A DNA stretch of 64,000 nt from assembly GCA_023334545.1 (NCBI GenBank), contig JAADVB010000009.1, forward strand, positions 94,803 through 158,802, written 5' to 3'. Source of the stretch: Salisapilia sapeloensis CBS 127946. Taxonomy: Eukaryota; Protista; Oomycota. Every line of letters begins with the position of its first letter. The stretch's first letter is position 1. The notes beneath the pieces were generated by a model. The model made no database searches, was not told the origin of the DNA, and saw only the letters and a program-made list of their open reading frames with translations. This document shows positions 21,781-32,500 of the stretch, piece after piece. The translations under genes and the position numbers were made by a program.

Positions 21781-22266
21781 GTAGGACACAGGAGCTGCTT
21801 TATCTATCCTATGTGACTGGTCTATCTACTTGTACGAGTGGATGTATCGACGTAATGAAAGTGGAAAGTTACCTTGGCAAAGCTAGTTATTTTTGCGTTG
21901 ACTATTTATATGATCTTCTTTTCCATTTATCGTCCTTGTGCATCCGAATGGTGGTGCTTTAACCTACTTCAAATCTCACTGAAGTCTCTTCCTTTTGGAT
22001 GTACTAGCAGGTGCTCTTGGCTCTACCTAATTAAAAAGGGGGTAGCTGTACAGACGACAGGAGTCTACTTGAAATGCTAGCGAGTGGAAACATCGATACA
22101 GGATATATGTAGGCTGCATAGATCGACTTATGAACTGTGGCAAGATATTGTTCGTCTGTACAGCACCTGCATCGACATGAAGAATATGATCAAAAGGAAG
22201 TGCGCATCATTGATGCTATGTTTGTATATCATCCAAGCCACTATATCCTCTTACTTGCTCGCGTCG

Positions 22267-23553
22267 TTATTTATCTCTAAACTCGACTTTGGACCATAGC
22301 TCGCTCAGTCGTTCCATTGCCTCCGTCTCGAGTAGAACAAGCACATCTACGCCATCCTGACCTTTTACGCCTTCCATAATAATGCTCATACCGTCCAGCA
22401 CTGGCACTCTTGGTGTGCATCCGTACCACGGGTGAGCTCCAAAGTTAGCATCGTACGTCCCCATATTCACCCACGACGTGAACATGAGATCATGACCCAA
22501 AAAGAAGTCCATTCCAACCTGAATTTCCGTCACATCTTCCTGTGCACCAAGAAACTCGATTGCATCTCTCATGTACATATCATCACGCTGGAGAATGGAC
22601 TCTCGGATCCGACGAGCGATCGTAGCTATGCTCTCGATGCGCGTGTCCATTAACTCTTGACTTGAGTAAGTGGATAGCGCGTTAAAAATGACATTCCCTA
22701 CGTATCCCTTTGGCAGCGGTGGATTCAGCCGAGTTCGTCCATTTACACCTGTAGTGATCTTAATATCATGCCCATGACCTCTCGCTTGTGTGATGAGGAG
22801 AGTAAAGAGAGCAGTGATGACGTCAATCGTGCTAACGTATCCTTCCGATACATGCTTGACAACGTTTGCCTTGAGGATTATCATATCAGTAGAAGACAAA
22901 TGAAACAGCTTCTGTGTAGTGGAAGGAAGAGCAGTACTAGATGGATTAGAAGACTCGTTGGTCTTCTTGACTATTTTGAATTCCGGATGATCGAGCTGAT
23001 ATGCTCCATTGGTTTGAGCGAAGAGAAGGCTTCGGTCATGAACAACCTGTGTGTGTGCTTCCTTCGGTACTTGGCGATAGAATTCTCCCCATTTTTTCAT
23101 AAAAGTAAAGAGCGCTTGACCGTCCATAAGTGTATGGCTCACGGAGATTCCGATGACCATCCCTTTGTCCCGTAGCGGCGTCATCTTGATCGAGATAAGG
23201 TACTTGCTTTCATCCAAATCGGACGCAAATGACGTATCCATCGAGTCTACGGCTTCCGAGGAGGTGGATTCGCTTTCTGGATCAAGTATGAATGGCAAAT
23301 CCTTTGCTCCAGTCTTTGCCTGCTCGGTCGTTTGCTGAACAACGTACGCTCGTCTGTCATGATCATAAGACAAAATGCCTAAGAATGTCGAGTAATCTTC
23401 ATCAATGAGCTGAACGAAAGAGCTGCGTACGTGGGAGGCGTCATATTTCTCCCCATCTTGACGAGGAGGAAAAATGTAGAGGACTTTTAGGAAAAAGTTT
23501 GCCATGACAGCGTCCATCGGAGACAGTTTAACATCCTTGGTCAGCTCGTCCAT
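22267..23553 (-). CDS. BAHD/transferase-family acyl-CoA-dependent acyltransferase
   Basis: HxxxD catalytic motif in SVSHTLMDGQALFTFMKKW, NGRTRLNPPLPKGYVGNVI and DFGWG-like YDANFGAHPW; 428 aa, no introns. Confidence 0.85.
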   Translation of the reverse strand: MDELTKDVKLSPMDAVMANFFLKVLYIFPPRQDGEKYDASHVRSSFVQLIDEDYSTFLGILSYDHDRRAYVVQQTTEQAKTGAKDLPFILDPESESTSSEAVDSMDTSFASDLDESKYLISIKMTPLRDKGMVIGISVSHTLMDGQALFTFMKKWGEFYRQVPKEAHTQVVHDRSLLFAQTNGAYQLDHPEFKIVKKTNESSNPSSTALPSTTQKLFHLSSTDMIILKANVVKHVSEGYVSTIDVITALFTLLITQARGHGHDIKITTGVNGRTRLNPPLPKGYVGNVIFNALSTYSSQELMDTRIESIATIARRIRESILQRDDMYMRDAIEFLGAQEDVTEIQVGMDFFLGHDLMFTSWVNMGTYDANFGAHPWYGCTPRVPVLDGMSIIMEGVKGQDGVDVLVLLETEAMERLSELWSKVEFRDK

Positions 23554-24889
23554 TGGTTTTCCTTTTTAAAGGGCAGTAGAGTCAATTTCTGATGGATAAG
23601 GCAACGAGACAAGATGCTGGGTCGGATCCACGGATAAACTTATTAGCGCGTTCTTTGTGGTGCTTGGTTGTGCTTGAAATGGGTTCAAAAAGACTTCAAG
23701 TTATATCTTGGAAGGGCGTTCACTGGTTTAACATTGACATTGATTGAAAGAGGAAGTCGACTGAAAGGTTGGAGTCGGTGTGTGGTGTGCTACTAGTGTC
23801 ATTCGGATATGTCAGACTAGTGTAGCTTTTTATATGCTCGCTATGCGGATGAGGAGATTCATTGCGTCACTCGAGGTTACCGATATAGCATATTCAGGAA
23901 GATATTGCTTAAAGAATCGACCGAGGTATTGTCCTTTTACAGCAGAGTACTAGCGTGGTGAAAGGTAGAGAAAACAGTGGAAGATTATACTTAAGATTAA
24001 ATGCAACGCCTGATCGTCTATACTACACTCTCTCTATTCTAGACTATTCCAGGTTCCGATCAAGCCTATAATCTCACCGACTTTGTCTCGTACGTTGTTG
24101 TCTCGATCACCTGGCCTTGCACTGTGTAGTGAGATCATTGCAATAATCCACCTTCTGTGATCTTTTTAGCTACTTGTTGTATCCATGGGCTACATTCCAG
24201 ATAGTAGTGCATTGATCGATTTATTCTCTTTAATTTTTAAACAAAGCAAATATCCAAGCAATTGCTAATTACTCATCTACTTTGTCACCATCTTTCCTCA
24301 ACTCGTGGGTTCATCGCATGACAAATTCCCGCGCGGTACGCTCGCTTTCGACTATCTTCCAGAAGTATCAAGTTTCCGAGATCACAGTCGAAGGGGCAAA
24401 TTTTACGTTGAAATGCAAGCTGCCTATTCCAGGCCTCAAGTCTCCTACGATCCTTACAAATCCATCCGAAAGCATTCTATACATGCATTTTTTCATCCTA
24501 TTTCCATGCCCACTTCCCTCGCGTCTTTTAAACCCATAAAACCGTCCTCCAGCCTCTGATATGTGCCGTGCGGTAATTCAACCGCGACATGTTTGCGCAT
24601 GGGCACGTGGTCGATTTACTTCCCGCGCCCTACGTCCTTTCTATCCGGCTGCTTCTTTTTCTGTAGTTCGACCCGCGACTCGTATACGAAAGCCAAGAGC
24701 GCGTCCCTGCCACCGAATACTATTTTGACTCAGATTGGCTATACCCATCCGTCCACTTCCCATTGTTCAGTTCCACAACCGAACTTGCTTCGATCGCGAG
24801 ACCACAGGCCCTCGAGATCCCACCGCGTACATCCGCCCTCGCAAATCTGGCGACCCTCAACGACACCCCATCTATGCCCACGAACCACG

Positions 24890-25744
24890 ATGCGCTCCTT
24901 CCTTGAGCTCCGCGGCCCCACGAGCTCGGCGCCCTTGAGCCCCATGAAACCGGTCAAGGCGGCCGACAGCCCGACGTCAACGTGCTCGACGACGTCCACT
25001 GACTCCCCCCGCGCGCTCCCACCTGACAAGTTCCCGTCTAGCTTGAAAAAGTCGAGATCGGTGCCATCCACGCTTAGCACCAAGCTCTTTTCGAAAGTGA
25101 AACTGGGCAAGAAGGCAGCTTCGTACCACGAGCTGTCCTCTGGCTTCAAGAAGACTTGTCATGTGCGTTTTGCGACCGGAGAAGATTTGGAGGAAAGTGT
25201 CGAGCGGCCGGAGACGTCTTTGGAAGAGAAGGAGAAGTATCATTATACAGCGCACGAGCTGGAGCAGTTTGCCATGGACGTCCGCCCGTTGCCACAATGC
25301 ATCACCAAGGCACTTTTACTACCGGAGGACACGATTTTGGAGCAAGGAATGCTCACATTCCCCTCCAATGTCCACTTTCTTCCGGAGAAAAAGTGGTATT
25401 GCTTACTCAAGAAGGACCAAGTACAGTGCTATGCGTCATTCGATTCGGCCAAGAAAGGTGGTCCGATGAAGAACTCATTCATTGTGACGAAAGCAGAGGA
25501 CTGTGCTCTGTTTTCTGACCGTAAGTTGGAACTGGTCTTTGGTCGCAACGTTCCGTCCGACCTAGACCTCATGATTCTCGTGACCAAGTCCAACGACGAG
25601 CGAGTCTTGCTAAAAGCCGAGAGCCGTATTGCCAAGCGGAACTGGGTGTGCAGCCTCCAGTCCATGGCAGGATGCTCGAGGCTGAGCAAGACGTGCCGCA
25701 ACACGACTCTGGAGAGGCGTGAAGCAGGTAACAATGCGCATTGA
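24890..25744 (+). CDS. PH-domain protein with Ser/Thr-rich N-terminus
   Basis: PH pattern LEQGML..KKWYCLLKKDQVQCY..LMILVT..VLLKAESRIAKRNWVCSL. Start is uncertain (in-frame ATG at 24890 or 24599). Confidence 0.75.
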   Translation: MRSFLELRGPTSSAPLSPMKPVKAADSPTSTCSTTSTDSPRALPPDKFPSSLKKSRSVPSTLSTKLFSKVKLGKKAASYHELSSGFKKTCHVRFATGEDLEESVERPETSLEEKEKYHYTAHELEQFAMDVRPLPQCITKALLLPEDTILEQGMLTFPSNVHFLPEKKWYCLLKKDQVQCYASFDSAKKGGPMKNSFIVTKAEDCALFSDRKLELVFGRNVPSDLDLMILVTKSNDERVLLKAESRIAKRNWVCSLQSMAGCSRLSKTCRNTTLERREAGNNAH

Positions 25745-27227
25745 ATCGCTGTGAAGGGCAAAGCGAACTTTGAATTTGGATTGCAGGAGCCACTGGACAG
25801 CGTGGTGTCTCTGTGGCTCTTGGACACTTGTTGCAGATTTGTTTTCTTTTACTTTTTAGCTCGAAATGACAAGCTTTGCCCGCTTAAACGTTCTTTTCGT
25901 TCGTTCACATGCAGTCTTGAGCTTGGGAAGACAGGTTGAGTGCATTGGAGGATGGAATGTTCTTGAAAAGAGTATGAGAACGCATGTAGGGAGATCTTAG
26001 GAGCAGGTATTTCTATCAGGTTGAAAGTTGGGAAGAGGCGTGGATGGAGCAAGAGAGCATCATTTATTGTTGATCGAAGTGGATGCGATGGTATGGAGCC
26101 TGTTGGTGGATCCACGTAGAGATGATTTGGAATTGTCATAGTCGGAACAACTTTTAGCATTTTTATAGCTAGATGGGTACGAAGATAGCACTGTGCACGA
26201 GATACAACGACAAGATAGTTGTATATGATAAAAGTGGCGAGGAGTAAACAGCCTCGAAGCTTGTTGATACCTCTGATAGGTTATCCGCACAGAAGAGCTG
26301 GACATAAAATTACAATACATGCAGGCTATTGGAAACGAAGCTAGATGAGAAGGGTATATAGTTGATCCCGTAACACAGCTACAATTGATCATTCCAAGAA
26401 TATTGAGCTGAAGATAGGCTTTTTGCATACACCATCAATGTCATCATGATGTAGATATACGTGGCTCTATCTCTTAAACAAGGATATCAAACTGTTTCGA
26501 ATGAACGTATCGTGCGACCTATTGTCTAAAATCGGGTTTTCCTTCTCCGGCCTTGGATGAGGGTGCTGTAAAATTGCAAAATTGGCTTTCGTGCAAGCGA
26601 TGTCCTTGTCTGATCTCGTTGCTGTATCTGTAGAAGCCACTATGCGCACTTTAATCAATAGGCGAGTCCTTGAATGTAATGAATCTCAGCTCAGTGCATG
26701 AGCATTCGGACAGTCATCTATCATAGCTTCTGTTCTTATAATCGCGATGCTTGCCCCGCTCTTTACCTGTTGCTCTTCAGACAAGTAGCTGCTTTCATGG
26801 GCTATTTTTCGAGAATTGGTGAAATGAAAAGTGGCATATACATCTCTACGTGACGGTTGCAAGAGTAAGCAGATCCAATTTAAATCAAAAGTAAGTGCTT
26901 CGAACGGAGTCATCTTGGCAGTCTGATGTCTTGTTCTGAGTCATACATAATGCTAGTCAAGCAGAAAGAGCCAACTATTCTGCTTGTCGTGGACGTGTCC
27001 AGTCCTGAGGTATACTTCGAGGTTACTCTTTGACTCGATCCAAATTTGGGCGTAAAAAGCCATTGGTACAGCATAGTATCACGCGAATGACAGAGCAAAA
27101 GGCCTGCTCCACAACATCAAAGTCCAAGTCGATAGTCGATAGATCACTACATAAGGCATACATCTAACATGACGATTTTTCACGTTCGTCTGTTCATGAC
27201 ACTTTTCACATACTTTAACTTACCTAT

Positions 27228-27617
27228 CTACGTCTCCATTGCAATAAAATGCATTTGCCCACTTGGACTTGTGGGCCTTGGACTCGTAGGAGCAGCCTCA
27301 TGTTGTTCTGAAGGTATAGGAACAATACGAACTCGACTGCCGCATAGACACATCCAGCACCAACACGTACCTAGCAAAATGACGGTAGCACCAATCAATG
27401 CGACGGTCACAATCAGTGTACTCTCTCCGCCAATGCTGTTCCATTCGTAGTTGCTGCCGTCGGAATCCCCTTTCAAGTCGTCTTTGCTATCAGACCTTAA
27501 ATTCCTCCAATCTTTTCCATCGAAAGTGTTCAGGTGCCCATATTGCTCTTGGCTAGAAACACTTCCAAGACCAGTCATGAACATGAGCAGCATACTCGCC
27601 ACCATCGTCCACTTCAT
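27228..27617 (-). CDS. Small type-I membrane protein (signal peptide plus one TM helix, 129 aa)
   Basis: MKWTMVASMLLMFMTGLGSVSS signal-like start; acidic ectodomain; TM TLIVTVALIGATVILLG followed by CWCWMCLC. Confidence 0.7.
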   Translation of the reverse strand: MKWTMVASMLLMFMTGLGSVSSQEQYGHLNTFDGKDWRNLRSDSKDDLKGDSDGSNYEWNSIGGESTLIVTVALIGATVILLGTCWCWMCLCGSRVRIVPIPSEQHEAAPTSPRPTSPSGQMHFIAMET

Positions 27618-27777
27618 CTCTGACTGCATCTGTGGAAATGATGTCCAAAGCATAGCATATATGTTTTTACAATTCCCATCATTGTTGATGTCTTTGGCAT
27701 AATCAAGAGTGCAACAAGGCGAAACGAAATGGTGTTCTATATTGACCTCCAAAGCTATTCCACGTCTCTATATGTCT

Positions 27778-29182
27778 TCACATTCCGTTCAAGAGGCGGT
27801 TCGCAGCAGCCTCGACATTATTGTCAGCTGCCTCGAGTGCCTGCTGCGCCTGTTCTCGTTCAAATCCAAGCGCCACGAGTCGTGTGATACTCTCTTCGGA
27901 CGGCGGATCGACGGGAGGTCGAGCGGCTGCCTCTGGTGGTATCATGCCTGCAGCCATTGGTGGAGGCGCACGTCTAGCTCCTGGCAACAGCTGCTCCCGA
28001 TTGCCTTCATTCCCACCTCGGTGCATGTTTAGCCGCCGCTGAGCTTCCTGCATCCGCCGCTGTCTCTGTGCCAAAGCAGCACTGGCCGGAGTCACATCGA
28101 CAAAAGGCTTAAAGATCTAGAGTAAAAGCTAAGAGTAGAAAAGGATGGAGGAGAGGAATGTATCGTACGCTGAAAGCACTGGAAACAAAGCTCGGGAGAC
28201 GAAGTTTGCCTAGTGGAGTGCAGCCAAAGAGGTAACCTAAGAAGGTCCCTGGTATGAACGATGCAAGTGTCATTGGATTTCGAACTAGCATCTACATGGA
28301 CAATTAGTATGGCGTAAGTCATCATAAAGTAGAGAGAGAATACGAGGCCGAGGAGCAAGTAGGTGGTGGATTTATCCGAGAAATGGAGGTTTGCGACGCT
28401 AAAGATGCGCGGATTGAGCTTTGGAATGAATTCTATCGGACATGAATATCACATGTGGACGAGAGATGGGTGTGTACGTACTGTAGTAGAACGCGGACAG
28501 GACGCCAAGGAAGGCATAAGGGCCAGACGGAAGGTCTTTGGCAAAGGAAGGAGCAGAATAGACAACAGCACACTCGAGGACACCAGTGATGAGTAAGACG
28601 AAGACGGTGAAGCTGCCGAATTTTCTCGAGCCCATCTATCATACACAGTGTTACTGCAGGAGATTTATTGGATGACATGCGGCCACGTACCTGACGCTCT
28701 AGGACTCGATACTGGAAGATAGTGTACAGACCAAAGGATGCGGCCAGACCACTACATGACAATGTTAGATACTCGGATGTGGACATGTTTTACGGTTGGT
28801 GTACTGGTTAAATGAGAACTGGTTAGCTGCTAGACGCCAGAATTGGTGTTCCTGTTGGATGGCAAGTGGATCTATCACCAATGTGAGGAATGCGTTTATA
28901 AGTAGATAATGTAGACGTAGTACCTAACGTGAAGACGCTGCCCTTGTCAAAGAGCAGAGTAGCTGAGCTCGCTGCTCCCACCGCGAGTGTGTATGCATAG
29001 GTGATTGGTGCGCCATCTACACCATGAAAAGGATGAGATACAATGTGTAAGCGTGAACATGGATGGATTCGATTGGCATTTGGGGAGCCGCTGATAGAAT
29101 AACTTCTACTAGCCAGGTCCAATACTGTCATTGATGCATAAAACATATACTTACAGAATCCACGCAGGTCTCCGTGCATCAT
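27778..29182 (-). CDS. UBAC2: UBAC2-like rhomboid pseudoprotease with C-terminal UBA domain (8 exons)
   Basis: Exons 29155-29182, 28924-29016, 28805-28871, 28691-28751, 28482-28635, 28344-28432, 28169-28291, 27778-28107 splice in frame to 314 aa: GFYGAPITY, QFWRLAANQF, YRVLERQMGSRKF, FSDKSTTYL, UBA ITRLVALGFEREQAQQALEAADNNVEAAANRLL. Confidence 0.85.
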
Positions 29183-29511
29183 GGTGAATTTTAAATGCTA
29201 CAGAGTCGTCGACAAAGGTACAATGAGCACACGAGTACGAGCTAGAGATGTCCTCGTACGAAAAACACGTAAAAGAACACGAATAATAAGTATGATGTCC
29301 AAAAGCTATATAATGCCACTTATAAATTCCAAATTGCCATGAAGGGATCTTGAAGCGTTGTGGAAGCCACGTTGCGAGGTTACCATACTCGTACGTTTCG
29401 AAACGTACGATGATGTTTGCTACTTTGGACGGCCCATCATACTTCTTTTGTCAGCTCAAGAAAGAGATTTTATTGATAGTGTAAATAGGGGTTCTCAAGC
29501 TAACAGGGAGT

Positions 29512-32500
29512 ATGTTTCGAAAGAATTATTCGAGTGCTACGCTACCTGCTCCACTAAAGACTGGAGCTGGCGTGCCTAATGGTATTTCATCCCCATCGAA
29601 TGACTCAAAGACAAGCTTTAGAAACGCTTCGAACCAACCTTCAGCTCCGCCGTTAGGACAGGTCTCAGCATCTAGTTTGTCTATTGGCACGAAAGTTTGG
29701 GTCCCTGACTCCAGCAGTGCACTCTGGCGTGTCGGCGAAGTCCAGAAGCTGCACTTGGACACTGCGTCTGCAGACGTCTTTGTACCAGATGCTCCTGAAG
29801 ATAGCAAATTGAGGACACTGCCTATATCTAACCTATATACCTTCGATCCGTCGCACGTCATTGATCATGATGACGTCGCGTGCATGAACAATATGCATGA
29901 GGCGCCATTGCTGCATACCCTTCGGCGACGATTTGAGACCGACACCATCTACACGTTCACGGCTGACGTTCTCTTGTCCATTAACCCGTACAAGCCAATT
30001 CCTCTTCTGTACGACGTCGCTGGCTTCATGGCGGAACAACGTCAGTCGGTAATCGAGGAAGACACGGAAGGGAAGACGGCCAGTAATAAAAGCGAAGTTA
30101 ATTCAGCAAGTCATCCACATCTCTTTACGATTGCAGAACGTGCATACAATGGGATGAAAGCCGGGATATATGACAAGCCGAAGCCTGGGAAGGAGGTGGT
30201 CGGATCTCCTCAGTCCATCATCATCAGTGGTGAAAGCGGAGCAGGCAAGACAGAAGCATCCAAATACATTATGAAGTATCTTGCGACAGCGAGTCAGCAT
30301 GCCGCTAGTGTAAGTATGATGTCAGCTTGTTCGGACATTCACGAAAAAATTGAAGAATGTGTCGTTCTCTCCAACCTCCTTCTTGAATCCTTTGGAAATG
30401 CAAAGACTTCTCGTAATGACAATTCCAGTCGTTTTGGCAAGTACATTCAAATTCACTACAACACGGATGGAAGGATGGCAGGGGTTTCCATTCGCCATTT
30501 TTTGCTTGAAAAGACGCGGCTAGTCGTGCCACAGCCAAGTGAGCGAAATTACCACATCTTTTATCAGCTTCTAGCTGGTCTACGCTCTTTAAGCTCTGAG
30601 TCACAGAACCGTTTGAAGTTGGAAGAAGATGCTTGGAATTACTCGTACCTGGCATATGGTGATTGTATCGAGGTGGATGGCGTCGATGATGCTGCCGAGT
30701 TTGACCAGTTACGCTCTTCCTTGTCAAAATTAGGCATGACAGAAAGCACTTTTCAGCAACCCATGTTTGAGTTGCTGGCAGCCATTCTCCATTTAGGTAA
30801 CGTGCAATTTGACCCAGTCAAAAATTCCAATACAGGCGAAGAGGCATCAATGCCGGTGTTCCCAGATTATGATCGTGGTGTCACGATCGAGCACATATCC
30901 TCTCTTCTCCAAGTAGAAGCGTCAGACTTGGCGAAGAAACTTGTCACGCACACGAGTGTGACTGTGCGAGGAAGTGTATTAGAACGAAAACTTACAGCGC
31001 TTCAGGCGAAAAACGCCATGGATGCTTTTTGCAAACATCTTTATGGTGCACTCTTTAACCATTTGGTTGATACGATCAACTCATTTGCGAAAGAGCAAAC
31101 TAGTCAGCAAAAGAGCAAAGCTCGACCTGCCCCAGAGCATGCATTCATTGGAATCCTGGACATATTTGGCTTTGAGGTACTGCAGACTAACAGTCTGGAG
31201 CAACTATGCATCAACTTCACGAATGAAACACTTCAGCAGCAGTTCAATCGACATGTTTTCGTTCTTGAGCAAGAACGGTACACGAATGAAGGCATCGCGT
31301 TTTCGATCATTGAGTTCCGTGACAATCAAGCTTGCATCGATTTGATTCAGAAGCCTCCAAATGGTCTTTTACCATTGCTAGAGGAGCAAATGCTACTCAA
31401 ACGACAAACGACAGACAAGCAACTACTTTCCATCTATCATGGCAATCACCTTGATAAGCACGCCAATTACGGAAAACCAAGGTTTGAATGTGACCAATTC
31501 ATTATACATCACTACGCTGGGGATGTTACGTACGATATCCAGGGCTTTATCGGGAAGAATACAGACAACTTGCATGAAGATTTGCTTGGGTTGCTACGTC
31601 GAAGTACGCATTCCATGCTACAAGCTATTTTTGCGTCTGGTAGTACCGAAGCAGCTCGGCCGAGTCATCGACGCACGCAATCTATGATCAATGTGCCTTC
31701 ACCCCGAGGCTCAGCTAGGGCCGGTTTTAATAGACAGCAAGGTGCGTCGCTGACGGGAACCACGACCGTCTCAAGTCTCTTCCGAATGCAGTTAGCGGAG
31801 CTTATGGACGTCTTGTGGAAGACGACTCCAAACTATATCAAGTGTATAAAGCCAAACAACCTGAAGTTTCCCGGTGGATTCAGTTGTGAACTTGTGCGTG
31901 ATCAACTCACATATAGCGGTGTGCTTGAAGTCGTTCGCATCCGTCAGGAAGGTTTTCCTATCCGATATACCTTTGACGCTTTTTATGACCGCTACTGGCC
32001 GCTTGTGAAAGATAAATACCCACCAAAGACAACTACCACATCTTCGGATATAACGAAGAAGGCGGCAGCACTCATTCTTTCAAAGTATTTACATGACAAT
32101 ACGAATGGATCGAGAGATGGAAAGCAAGTATATGCCTTGGGCAGGACGGAAGTTTTCTTAAGGTATGGTCAGATAGAACGACTGGATGTACGAATTGCGG
32201 CTATACGAGAGGAGAAGGCAGCGGTTCTTCAAGCTGTTGTTCGAGGTAGGATGGTATGTCATCAGTACCGAGCAATGAAATCCGCAGCGACAAATTTATC
32301 GTCCTATTGGAAGATGTATAGCTCTTTTAGTCAATACAACCAACTGCGAAGAAGCTGCATTCGTATACAGGCACTCCAGCGTCGCATGGTGATCCAAAGG
32401 CACTACTTGAAAACGAGACACGCTTCTCTTGTACTGAAACGAAGCATTCGACACTGGATCAGTCACAAGCGTTTTATCAAGCTACAAAAACAAATGGATG

